Assembly (NCBI GenBank): GCA_976226885.1 | Contig: OZ320315.1 | Coordinates: 42,036,001 to 42,100,000, forward strand | DNA from: Iphione sp. A-MEVVRFRX5 | Lineage: Eukaryota | DNA: 64,000 bases | Direction: 5' to 3' | Shown: positions 1 to 11,974 of the stretch, in pieces | Layout of the letters: every line of letters starts with the position of its first letter | Numbering within the stretch: the first letter of the stretch is position 1 | Notes under the pieces: generated by a model | Database searches by the model: none | What the model saw: the letters and a program-made list of their open reading frames with translations, nothing else | What the model was told of the DNA's origin: nothing | Program-made: the position numbers and the translations under genes

Positions 1-769
1 CCGACGTTGGAACATATTCTAGTTCGGTCTAGATGGCTTACGTTGAGGACGTTCCCAAATCAATTTGAACTGAATCGTTTATAAACTGAGATTATCTTTA
101 ACTACTGAAGTTTTTTCAAATATAATGCCAAGAACAGACTGAGAAAACTGAAGTTTCTCATAGTAGTCAAACAGTTATAGAGGATATTCACGTATTTGTA
201 GATGATACTCACGACTAGCTAATATTCCGTCAATGTGGCTTTCCTCTGATAGTGCATGGCTGGTGTCTAAATGCATACTGTGTTTTACAACTTGTGTATT
301 TGTCCATTTTGCTCCATTGCTATCGCTGCAAAATAGAATTAGTCGCATTTTGCGTTTTTGTTCCAAGAGGTTAGGACTCTTTAGACGAGCAGCGACTAGG
401 GGAAGACCGCCAGACAGACACAGAGAATATGTTCCCGACTGAAATGTCACCTGGCCTGGCATAAATAATTCTGTTTGTCTCCTCGGTCGCCATGGTAATG
501 TCAGCACTGCAAGACACAGATTAGTAGTAATCAGATTAACCTGTCCCACCGCGGCTGGCTCAAGTATCACAGACTTCCCCGTTCGAGAAGGCGCCATTTC
601 ATTCTGCTTAGCATTTCAGACATATTCACAAGCTTCCCCGGCGAATAACAGAATAAAGCAACTGCATAACTAAATTTTCTACCCTGTTAATCTCTCCAAA
701 TATCATTTCAATACTGAGTAAGCTTTTGTCGCTGCGATGGTGATTAATCCGCTCCTCTCCAGGCTGCCA

Positions 770-1101
770 ATAAAATGGAGACGTCCCAGCTGCACTGTCA
801 ACAATATTCATTGTTTGTACAGATATCGTCCGGGGAGGGACTTGAAATAGGAGTCAGTTTTCAAGCAGGATGTGTGGGCAGGGTGCCACGTATGCTGAGG
901 GTCACTGCTTAAAGTAACATTAAATGTCGGCCAAATATGACGAATGTCACATCGGGGCATTGTATAGCCCCTAGGCCAGGCGGATACGCAATAGATTGCC
1001 AATATAGATATGGCGCTAGCAGGCGGTGACAGAACTGCTATCTCCTTCTGATAATGCCAATATCTGTGATGGGCCAATGAAGATGGGTAGGCCGTCATCA
1101 A
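770..1101 (-). mobile_element. Degenerate non-LTR ORF2 relic, C-terminal region
   Basis: ORF 808-1101 ends SCLKTDSYFKSLPGRYLYKQ (cf. CRTDSYKYSFFPRTIREW); the shifted frame continues NIVDSAAGTSPF (cf. N.LP..IV.A.S...F). By-eye match. Confidence 0.45.
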
Positions 1102-4100
1102 AGTGGCACACGTTATTTGGCACGTTACATTCCAATTTCAAGGCTACAATGGCATTCTCCAGGGTCAATACTGCTATATCTCTAGATTTATATTAAACTG
1201 TTTCAATCTTAAAACCACAGGTAAAATTGCCTTTTGAAATATCCTCGCGATGTATCTCCGGTAGCTCCAGCCAGTGCTGTATTGTTTGGGACGTTTTTCC
1301 CTATCATTTCCCAATCAGATTAAATATTCACTTTGATCGGAGTGTTTGTTTTGATTACGTGCAACTTTAACAGGACAATGCCCTATTAGTGTACACTCGT
1401 CACGCACCGACTCTATAGCGTTTGCTTATTCATCTAATTCCATTTTATGAAAATTATTTATTCAAAGCATTAGAGACGTAGCTATTCCATGCTAGTTCTT
1501 GTTACTTCATATGCACGTGTATATACTAATGAATAGATGGGTAAATGTTTGCTGCTCATTCCATAGACGCAAGGATGTAATTCAATCCACACCAAAGGCA
1601 ATCACGTCTGTCTCATTCTCTCTCATTGAAACGAAATCCCTTTCACCACACTTTGCATCTGAGTCACTTTTCCTGTCATTGGGAGTATCGGCCACATATA
1701 CCCATTTCCCAACCCTGAGCCATGTCAACGCCAGATTCTTTAATGAAGTGCCAGGAAAAATAGGTTTTGGGGGGACCTTCTATGTCGGTTCACCATGCTC
1801 TCGTTTAGGTTCACTCGCTCGGTGAGATTTATGCTTCCCCGGAGTTGGCTGAAGATGCCTATTCGGTGGCGCGGTATTATGGGCGGTGCTCCTGTTCCAG
1901 CACCCACTAATCATTACGAAGCCTTGGAAAGCAGGCGCCGCCATCCAGGTGGCCCTTAAGAACCTGTCAGTAGGCAGTGCCTCCCAAATCACGGATCGCG
2001 GTAGAGCAGGCAACTAAAAGAGAACATCTAGAATGTCGTTTTTAGCGGGGCCTTTTGCTGGAAGCCATTATTATGCATCGGACGTTTCCCGAACGATGCA
2101 GACGAGTTGTGCATTGACAATTCGTCTTTAGAGCTGCTAACATAAAGGGATACATTTTCTCCACAATGTATGCTCGCGGGTGCATAAATACATATATATA
2201 TATGTGTGTGTTCGTACAGACATACTGTCTATATCTGCTATTCAGTGCGTACTATTTTCCTGACCGAGTTGCACAACTGATTGCAGAAACTGTATCAAAT
2301 AAAGAGATGATAAAGAACGCCAGACCGTTTCACTTCCATTTGAAGCCTTCATATTTTGGGCTTTTTAAAATTAATATTGATCAGCCTTCGATTTCCATCC
2401 GCTCTGGTAAAGGAATATCAATATAAACAAGCTTCCTGTGAAAAGCGATCAGATCATAATGGCTACCTAAGGAAGAGTTATGTGTCCTGGCATCCTACGT
2501 CTGGTGAACTAAAGGTCTAAGATATAAGCCATGCCTTGCCTAAGCCGCCATATAAACAACACCCTGTATCAATATTTGTAGTAAAAGCTACGAAAGTCAA
2601 TTCCAGATTGGATCAGGTTAACCTACTTAGTTCTAGCGCCTGTCTGATTAAGATACGATTTATTGTTGTCTCGCCCACAAAAAAAGGATGAGCTTGAGTA
2701 TTGGACAACAGCAACCGATTGAGATGCAGATGCGATCTGTGTGGGCGGGACGACTTGCCGAACTGATGAACGTCGCGTCCAAACGGACGCTGGCTTTTGA
2801 GATGATAACGAAAAAAAAGGTGCTCGCCATCATTATACCGCGTTGCGCACGCCCGATATGCGGCGGGCGGCCCGGCGGAATCATCACCTCCGGATCATGG
2901 CCGGAGTGTGTCCACGTGCTGTCTAATTGGAATGGGTCTTTATCTATACGCCACCGCCCTCTGTCCTAACCCCAATCCCAAACCCCACCTAGCGGCGAGC
3001 AGCCGGCTCGTGGATGGTGGCGTCGGTGTCGGGACCGAGGGGGGGAGGGGGGCAGTACAAAAGCTGGTCGCCACCAGATGGCGTCGAGGCGGACCCCATC
3101 CGGGGTCGGCTGACCTTCGCTCCGCTAACGTCTGACCTGTACGTTCGAATAATGAGGTGTCCAGTCAGACAGCTATCAGCACACTGGGATTAAGGGGGCT
3201 TTGGGTTAGAAGGCTCACCACTTCAAAAACCCAAGCTGAGCAACCTCACGACCAGAAGCTGAATGCACCCATTGTCATGTTCCTACAACACGTCATGGTT
3301 GTCATGGATACATGAAAAACATTCAGCCCATAAATGAGATGATGAAGTGTAATAATGCGGCGGCGATTCATAATCAAATGTGTTTCTTGGCTAAATCGAA
3401 AAGCATTAAATAAGTTCATTCTCATCTCTATTTGCAGACAGCGAAAGAAGCGATTACGGTATCCTCGTGAAGGGTATGCACAAATGAAAAAGACATGGAT
3501 ATTGTGTTCTCCAGTGCTGCTATGTGAACGATCACGTGCGGTGTGTGCGGTGCAGTGTTGTTAGTGGTTCAAATTCTGTTCATCTTGTCACGATGTCATC
3601 ACTGGTTGGCCGCCGAATCGATGAAAAAAAAACAACATAGTCGTGACTAATTCCATGAGCACATTCTTTTAACATCTTTTGAACACTTCTCGAAGAGCAT
3701 AGACTTGGTGGTGTTATGTTGTGTTGCTCGTAAGTGTCATAAGAACAATGTATGCATCAGTTGAGTGCACATCCATGTACACGTACACATGTACATGTAT
3801 AAATATTTCATACTTTGATGTGCTCTTTATTACCTGTCTTCTTGTCTTGGCCATCTGGCTTTTATTCCAGTCCTGAAATTCTTGCATTTCATTACCATAC
3901 CGCGCACATACCGTGTACCAATAGTAACCCTCCTTCTGAGCTTCTTCTTCAGTGGAAGCCAGGCTGATGTAGATGTCAGGCAGACTTGTAACGGCATGAT
4001 CTGTTACTTCCTTCTCCTCTTCACCGTCCCCCCCCCCCGCGCCACACTTTCCTCTTCTTTTTTTTTTTAAATTTTTTTTATTGTTGCCCCCCCCCCCCTC

Positions 4101-4901
4101 TTCCTTTTTTCACCATCATGGTGGTCGGCTGGGCGGCAAGTCGCGTTTCATAACACAACTAGCCTGTCAGTCAGCGACACATCCGCCCGAGCCTCTTTAG
4201 ATGGCTGTGCTCGAGGTGTCAGGGATCCGTCTCGTGGGGAGCGGGCGTGTTTAGATTGGCGGCGGATCGGTGAGTGGACGTCGGGCCCGCGTGAGAAGCT
4301 GCTTGAGCTGCTCGACGCAGGTGCGATGTTTACTTTGCCGTCTCTCAGAAACACGATGTTGTCGCTATCGACGTTGCCCTCCCCGAGGTACGAACTGTCT
4401 ATTTCACTTCAGTCGGGACGGAATGTGTTATCAACAGGCCGCACGGGCTCGGTGTGATTGGCAACGTCTTAACTGACAGACCAAAGCGAATCGATTCCAC
4501 GCCCCCCCCCACACACCCGCCAACCCCACCTCCTCACCGTTCTATGACATCAAATTTATACGGCAAAAGCCTCATGACTTACAAAGTGTAAATCGATTAT
4601 ATCCGTGTAGCGAAAGCAAGAGGTCCTGCTCAAATATAGACGCTGTCTATCACTTATCTGTTGTTTCTAGTTTTTGACAATGTGCAATATGTTTCATTTG
4701 ATATATAGATGTACTGTGCTTCTCAGCTTGGAAACCAAAACGCATGCTACATTAAAGATAACTACTAAGCTATACTCGTTGGTAGCGATACAACAAAAAT
4801 CTATTTTTTTAATTATCTCTATCACAGAAGTGTAAGCATAAAGCATATAACATTCTGTCAATTTCTGTAGCAGTGTGTGGATCTGCTATTTTTTTTTTCA
4901 G

Positions 4902-5032
4902 GACAACCGTGCTCCAAAACGGCACCTTGATGCTGGAGAATGTACGTCCAAAGGATGAGGGAATCTACCGTTGTGTGGGCATCAGCGAGAACGGACCTGT
5001 GCAGGCCTTTATCTCCACCCTGCATCTCGCCT
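4902..5032 (+). CDS. PTK7: PTK7/off-track-like receptor, exon encoding second half of Ig domain 3
   Basis: Acceptor is a T tract plus CAG ending at 4901; donor GTGAGT at 5033. Reads (R)TTVLQNGTLMLENVRPKDEGIYRCVGISENGPVQAFISTLHLA, matching vertebrate PTK7 RATVFANGSLLLTQVRPRNAGIYRCIG...ATLHLA as recalled. 131 bp, phase 2 in, phase 1 out. Confidence 0.92.
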
Positions 5033-5799
5033 GTGAGTATCCCTTTTGATCTCCAAATTATGACTTTACAATCACGGGGCTCAAGTTGTGCACACCCTCA
5101 CAGGCCCAGGTCAATGGTTGTGTATTTCTTCATTACCATAAGTGAGGGGGTGATAGATGCATTGGTAATATCTTTTTTTTTACATCGCGTTATCGGTTGG
5201 TGTCTGATGATGCAATTGATGGTTTTCATTTCGTGGCCTTATTTGAATTTCGGGTGATTTGCGTTATGTATTACCTCTGCAGTGTATGTTCCTTCAGCAA
5301 AGCCTCACTGAAATAGCAAATGTACATTGACAAACGACTACGAATTTGTGTGGAAACTTCAAAGCGGTCGGGTCCTGTAACGAAAAACAGCCCATAGGTA
5401 TGCCTTTATCTTCAGCACGCTCCCATCTCCGACAAGCTTACAGTGCTTCTTGCTAGGATTGCGTTGCTATTTCTGGATACTTTTATCTTCCTTTTGAAAG
5501 TTACTCATTAGATTGCCTCTGTGTGTTCCACTGTTTGTCCTGATAGACGCAGAGAAGCAAGTAAAACGACTTGAATGGGGGCAGGCCCAGGTGCTGAACC
5601 TTTTGGAATGTCAGCTCTAAGGTTTGAGCTTTTGTGTGAAGTTGACCAATACAAAGGAGATTGAAATTGGATTTTTAATTGATGAATACTCTATCAGAGC
5701 CGATTAGTATTTAAATTTCAAATAAGTCTGTGCACAACTCCGCCCTCAAGAACTGTGCTTTGTATGGTTCATCACGTTTGGGGGCTTTCCCACGATTAC

Positions 5800-5990
5800 G
5801 TGTGATGAAAAGCAAGAAGTGAGTGCTTATAGATGAAACGGTTTCACAATCTGTCCTGGAAAACTGATATAAACGACCTCCCATATCACGTTTGAAAGCT
5901 TCAACTGTTTTTACTCGGACAGATTCGCTGACGACATCCAACATTATGAGAGTATCACCATATGCTTCCTGTAGATGGTTTTGAGTTTCC
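5800..5990 (+). mobile_element. Degenerate RT core relic with frameshifts
   Basis: In order: KQEV (5810), VSQSVL (5841, cf. VPQGSVL), INDLP (5869), FADDIQHY (5924). Spacing differs from consensus. Confidence 0.42.
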
Positions 5991-6913
5991 TCCTGATAAA
6001 CAAAGTTAAGCTTAGAAAATCCGTGTCGTCAAATCGTCCGTTATTGTGACTCACGAGATGACATCTAAAGTAGGTCCCCCCGTTACTTTCGACCACACAG
6101 AAGAAACTGATTTAAGTCGCAGGTAAATTAAACATAGTAAAGTGTCGTTCGTTTTTTTTTTAACAAGGAAAATTGTTCAAATGTCTCAGCCCCCACCACC
6201 TGCGAGTATGTTCTCCCGAAAGCTATACATCAGGCCATCGCTCAGTTTGGACTACACGACAGTTGTCAAGCGCCTGCACGGTGAAGAAGTAGCGGGAAAA
6301 AACATGTTTTGTTTGGTCTCTGGTCTGTGTGTATAAGATCAGCAGTGGTGGTCTCTACGTTAGAACCTCTCCACGTGACTTTTTATCACGCTTGTCCTTC
6401 AGCACCAATCGGACTGTACCATAGTCGATATTACCGTCCTCATATTCTCTCTGCTAATCGTATCTGTCTGTTTATGACAGGAAAATCAGATTCCGGTCAG
6501 TTCTATAGGTAAGAATCAATCATTATTGCCTTTGTGTTAAGTCATGATGCAGGTGCCCCGTAATGAATAAGAATAACACACGAAATTGATGGACGTGTTT
6601 GAGCAGGAACTTATTCAGAAGCGAGGGCCTTGTCTTTCATGTTTTGGACTCAACAGTTAAAAAAAATACGGTTAAACTCTTCGCTATTTGATTTACTTCA
6701 CCATCGAGACCGTCTGTACACTAACAAGGGTATCAAGTGGCGCCCCCAGCGGACCTCGCAGGCTCAAAAGGAAACTTTTTGACAAGATTTTATGGGTTTG
6801 TTGTAACGTTTAATCTAAAACAACATCTATCGTCAGAACCGGTAAGCGTAAGAAGTATACAAAGCTTTGCAGGTATATAGTACGTATCCCTGTCGCCATG
6901 TCAACAAATGCAT

Positions 6914-7365
6914 CTATAGTGAGCATGTGCAGAGAAATATCGCCATTTTAATGGTAATCGGAAGTACTTGTATAATTATTTTAAATTGTTCTTTAGCAAA
7001 AACATTCCAGCTGGATTGTTTTATTGTTACACTTTTAGCAGCTTTGTTTTGTGAAGCCCAGGCCAGCGTCATTATCATCTTCAAATTATTGTCATTACCA
7101 TATATTTTACATGAAAAGTGTGGGAAACGCAATAACGTTGATGGGCGTGTAATTTTGTTAGTTTAGTTTTCTAACGCTTCTATACCGGAGTTCCCGGCCA
7201 TAGGCTTCCCAAGCGTATCGGGGAGCACAGCTCCCGTAAGACTGAAGCATTGCCTTTTTCGTTTTTGAGATAATTCCTGAAATAATCCTTAATGGCAATT
7301 ATTTTCCATTTAGTATTGAATTTCACTACCGTGCTGGCGATGATTGGTGCGTAGGGAGCTATCAC
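6914..7365 (-). mobile_element. Degenerate ORF2 relic, endonuclease-RT linker
   Basis: KDYFRNYLKNEKGNASV (cf. KKFWNYIKSK), then NKAAKSVTIKQSSWNVFAKE (cf. DKAEILNKQFASVFTKE), collinear on the minus strand. Confidence 0.4.
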
Positions 7366-8558
7366 TTAAACATTAATGTGAGCGTATTTAAGGTCGGTAC
7401 AAGCTGTCCGCTTTCCGGCGCACGGACCTTTGTCCTCTGTGGGGTCGGACCCGGCTGGATGTGGGTCCCTGGTCGTGCGGCCCGGGTCCCTTGTGGGTCC
7501 CGGGGCCATGTGGTGCCTTGAGTCGGCCACACCCGTCGTGGTCATTTAATGATTTGTCTGAGGAGAGCCTCATCAAAACTGACGCCCTTTCAGTGCGCTT
7601 CGTGGTAGGAGATGGCGAAGGAAAACTGGCTTTTGGGTCGGTGCACTCGCCTGATGGGCTTCGGTCAGGATATCTGTAGGTGTCCCGCACAGAGACTCGA
7701 CGACTGGCTCACCTTTGCCATCTCACAGAGGTAACTTGCGTGTACACCGAAGAGGCTCCTGAGAAGGGTTTACCTTCCTCCGGCGGCCTTGAGCCCTCGG
7801 GTCGGCCACACCGAGCAGAGGTCCCCCGCTCACCTCGCCGACGTGAACCCTTCCTGCTTTGTCCGCGTGGCGGCTACTGAGTAAATACTGCCGGCAGCTG
7901 CGAGGACAAACAGTTTAATTTCCTCGTGAATGCCGCCGTATTACTCACGGGGGGAGGACGGGGTGCCTCTTACGCCCACCCCCATTTCCTTGTCTGCCGA
8001 CGTCGATGTTTGGAGATGGATTTTCTGTCATCGATCAACTCCACGCCGCCGGTGTGAAGTGACGGGCCCAAGGCGCCGCGCTGACGGGCGCGGCGACGCC
8101 GCAATGCACGCTCTGTTGTCCGAGAGCCAACCTTCTGGCGAATATTCATACAGAACATACAGCGGGCCTCCACGGCATACGCGCCACTGGCGAGCAGATC
8201 CCCCCCGTCAATGGAGCAGCTCCCAATATTGGCCCTCGCCGAGCGACTCGGCGGCGCCCAGAAAGTTTGTCTCTCATGGCACCCTTTCAGTTCGATCACG
8301 AAGATAAACATTGCGGCAGAGAAAAAAAGTGCGTGAAATGCAGCCAACGAATAAATCCCCAAATGAAAATGCCACGTGGACAGTCTTATTCTTTCGTCAC
8401 AGGTGTTGGTGTATTTTCGACGAGGACGTGAAATAAAAGTTGATGGGTTGGCATGGCATAGGAATAATCCCGAAACCCCTTTACTGATTGCACTTGCCGA
8501 TGCAAGATTCTCTGCTTCTTTCGTTTACTTTTTTGCACCACCTTAATCCATACATCAA

Positions 8559-9800
8559 GTGGGGAAACTACCTAAACGATCTTTAAATTGTACTACGCTG
8601 GCGGTGCTTTTAAGTGGCAGTGAGTTGAAATCTCCGTATCCTGCGCTTGGGTACTTGTTAGCTGAGATGGATGTGGATGTGACCTTGGACCCTATTGCTA
8701 GCTGGAAGATGGGGCATAGGGTACATGACAAGGGGCCGGGCCAGATCTCAAGGTTATACCTGGAAGAAGGCTGTGGGCACTGTAACCCGACCCCAGAGTT
8801 ACCCATATGCAGCTACTGCCTCATCTTTAACCCTGCCAAAAATCCAGCATTCAGACTGAGAGGTGCCCTTCCTCAGTGTAAGAAACTGGCTAGTTTTCCA
8901 TTTTTCTATACCTTTTTAGCGCCCATGAAGTGTGAAAGGCCTCCTCAAGGACTGCCTCGCTCTTTAATTGACCAATTCAAGCGGCCATTGAGCAGAGGCA
9001 ACCACGGGAGCACGGTCTATAAATTTTCCTGTCTACGAAGCCGGTGTTTGGCGACCGTGTGGCCCGCTGAAAGGTCAGCAAACTGTTACCGTGACGAGGT
9101 CGACAACGAGATGGTCTCGGGCCAACTGCCTTTCCAACAGGCTGCGGATTCCTCCGTCATCATATACTCAGGGGCGCATGTCCCATGATATATATCGATG
9201 TTTCCTGATTATGACAACAGGTGTTAGTTATTAGAATTCGACGACTGGCTTTTTACCTAAGGCTGTTTGGTCATGGCACACGGTCGCCCTCGTCTGCGCC
9301 GCTGTGGCTGGCTGCGCGAGCGGTCGGCTTGTCGGTGGTACCGCCTTGTACATGGCGACGGCTAGCTACAGGCTAAACAGGACACTCTGTCTCATCCACA
9401 GGGCCCTTAAGCCCCGAATTCAAGCATAACGCTCGAGATCTTGTATCCCTCCAGACGCACAGACGAAAACCACTAGAATAGAGGAAATGGTCCAATATGG
9501 TGAAAATCCCGCGGGAAAAAAACTACTGAATTGGCGTGCGTATATGATAGGGTCACGAGGAACTGGTTATTATATTTAGTATTTTTTAGAGGATGGATAG
9601 TTGGTATTCAACAAACAACCTATGTAAGTATATTTACAGGTGAAGAAATTGCGCTGAGCAATAAAAGTAACTCGTTCGGTGGCTTTGCAGGTCCATCAAA
9701 TAGGCGCTATTCTTTCGCACACCTCGTTAGAGCGCTTGACTGACAGCAACCTTTTCTGAATTGGCATCTCGTCAGCTCGTTGGACCGGGCCACAAACCTA
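8559..9800 (+). mobile_element. Degenerate RT relic, N-terminal domains through the PQG region
   Basis: The 209-aa ORF has DKGPG, LIFN, GALPQCKKLASFPFF, KRPLS and DNEMVSGQLPFQQAADSS in one frame (cf. KAPGPD, IFN, G.LP.DWKLA.V.PIF, YRPIS, NN.LS..QHGFR.GRS). ORF 9531-9743 continues QQTTYVSIFTGE...GGFAGP...SFAHLVRAL. Confidence 0.65.
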
Positions 9801-11974
9801 AAGTAGAAAAAAATAACATCTGACAGCACCGCTTGTCTGTGCTATTTACCGTGGAAACCGGGTGTACTAGCTTGACAAAGGCTTGTGGAGAAGGCCATGA
9901 AAGGGCCTCTTTTACGTCTAGCACCGCTCTAGTGGCTGGGCGAGCAGAGGGCGTCGACAACGGAGGCCACAGACACGACGCTCCCCTGCTAACCTCAGTC
10001 CTTTCAGTTGAGAGCTTCCCTCTACGATCTGTGCTCTGTGACTGACTACCAAAGAGTGCCCGCCTATTGCCTGGCCCGTCAGCATTGAAGGACCACTAGA
10101 CAAAACGAGAACTACATTTTGACCGGGAGTCCTGTCTTTTCACGTTGACGTTGTGTCCCGCGAGAGTTTTGGGGTCTGTTCCCCCGATAGAGGGCGTTGG
10201 GGGTGGTTGGGTGAGGCGGGGTCTTTCATCTAGACATGGCTAAATTGATGTAAATCATCTCCCTAAGCAGGCTTTGACACTGTTTGTCGCCAACTGTCAT
10301 TGAACTGGTGAATCTCTTTGTTTGGCTGGATTAGGGGACTTAAGACAGCCTTCCGCAGAGACTTAAGACCCAAAGGCCTTCAAACCACTTCAATTGTGTC
10401 ACCATTCAGAGCCTGTGTGAAAAGGCAAAGAGGTCGGCCATACGCCAAATGACAGACTTTTTCAGTTAGAGAAACTATCCGTAGAATCTCATTACCCTCT
10501 GAGGCCATGATTGACTGGCTCTATGACAGGCATTGATACCCAAATAACCTGTTATGTAATTGCAATCTGATACCTAAGGGTCTTTCTCCCCTTTTCATCT
10601 CCAGTAGAAATAAACCGTACGGACTGCGTTATGCACCTCGATTAGGTATTAAGTGATACAAAGCTAAACACTTCCTCGGTGACTAATTCTGTTTAGATGA
10701 TTTATTCGCTGAGTTCAGTTTAAGGGTTAGAGTAGAAAATTCAAGCGCTCTCGACCCCTTTACTTTTGACGTTTATAGGTTCAGACCGGATCTACATTTT
10801 TTTGAAGGGTAATTTTCCCCAATGACTGATTAGCCAATTTGCCATATTTCATTGATGGTATGAGGGTGTCAGTGCGGCGAAAACATTGACTTCATATCTT
10901 GGCCATGCAAAACTTGGAAAATTTAGAAATAATCATGATGGATTGATACGAGGTCAAACTTTTCGAAAATGCTTTACATTCGTTGGATGAATAAAGCATT
11001 ACGTTTATCAACAGCGGGCCATCACGAGAGCTTAATCTCTGCTGGGACCATTGTCATCTGTGGTAACTACTGGCCGCTCTGACGATGACCCCAGCTCATT
11101 GTTTTTTACTGCTAATTAATCCCAGAGCCCTGTAATTTGTGCTAATGATCAACCCGAGGCCACAACATTAAGCTGCCGGTGAGAGACCTTAATCCAATTA
11201 ATCTCTTTAATTTGCATATTCAAATGGGGCAATTTCTGGTCTGGCAACGCGGGATTGGACGGGCACATCTGCAGGAGTCGATATGTGGGAGAGATTGCCG
11301 GGGCGACTCTACCTTGTAATTCACACCGCGTATTGATAGCCGGTGTCCATGTTGAACATCTATTTCAGTAGTAGTTGGAGAGTGAACGATACTGCAATAA
11401 CCTGACTGGAAAAGACCTCCCGCCCTATACACGGCATCGCTAACCATTCGTTATGGACTTAATTTCCATCATCCTATCCCTTTAACTTTAATATACATGT
11501 TCCCAAGTGATGCTGTAACAAAGAGGCGCCGGGAGATATAGCTGTGTAGAGCGACGTGCTGCGGCCGAATCGAGCGGCAGTCGATGACGAACAGATGTTA
11601 ACGCCCGGCACGCATGCGCGGGACGTGCGGCATATGGTCACGTGGGCGCGGGGACACAATAGGCGAGGGGGTGCTGTGTGCGTGAGATGGCGGGTCCGAG
11701 GGTTGGGGCTGGCCCTGCGGGTCCGAGGCTCGGGTCCGGTGGGGGGAATGAGGAAACGTGCCTGTGGGTCATCAAACGGGATCAACCTAATCGAACCGGA
11801 CATGGGCGCAGGGACCGCGGTCAATGGTCTCCACGTGCGAACCAGGGGGTGCACAGACCTCCCTAAACTGCATTGACCAAACCCAGGAGGACAATAACCG
11901 CGCCGTCCATGGGCCACCATACAGAGTGGGTTTTTTTCCTTGCCGTCAATGCCAGCGTGAAGCCACCTTTCTGT

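Noticed and set aside
175-597. Possible APE endonuclease relic (also 14846-15082)
   Set aside because: Resemblance to ITETWL and GGGVA motifs is too weak to call without a profile search.
3074-3140. HDV-like ribozyme suggested by a CAGATG/CGTCTG pairing and GCTAA
   Set aside because: No P3/L3 or P1 could be fitted.
10270-10610. RT-like FDTV...WIR...IPKGLSPLF on plus
   Set aside because: Spacing between motifs is about three times too long; may be over-reading.
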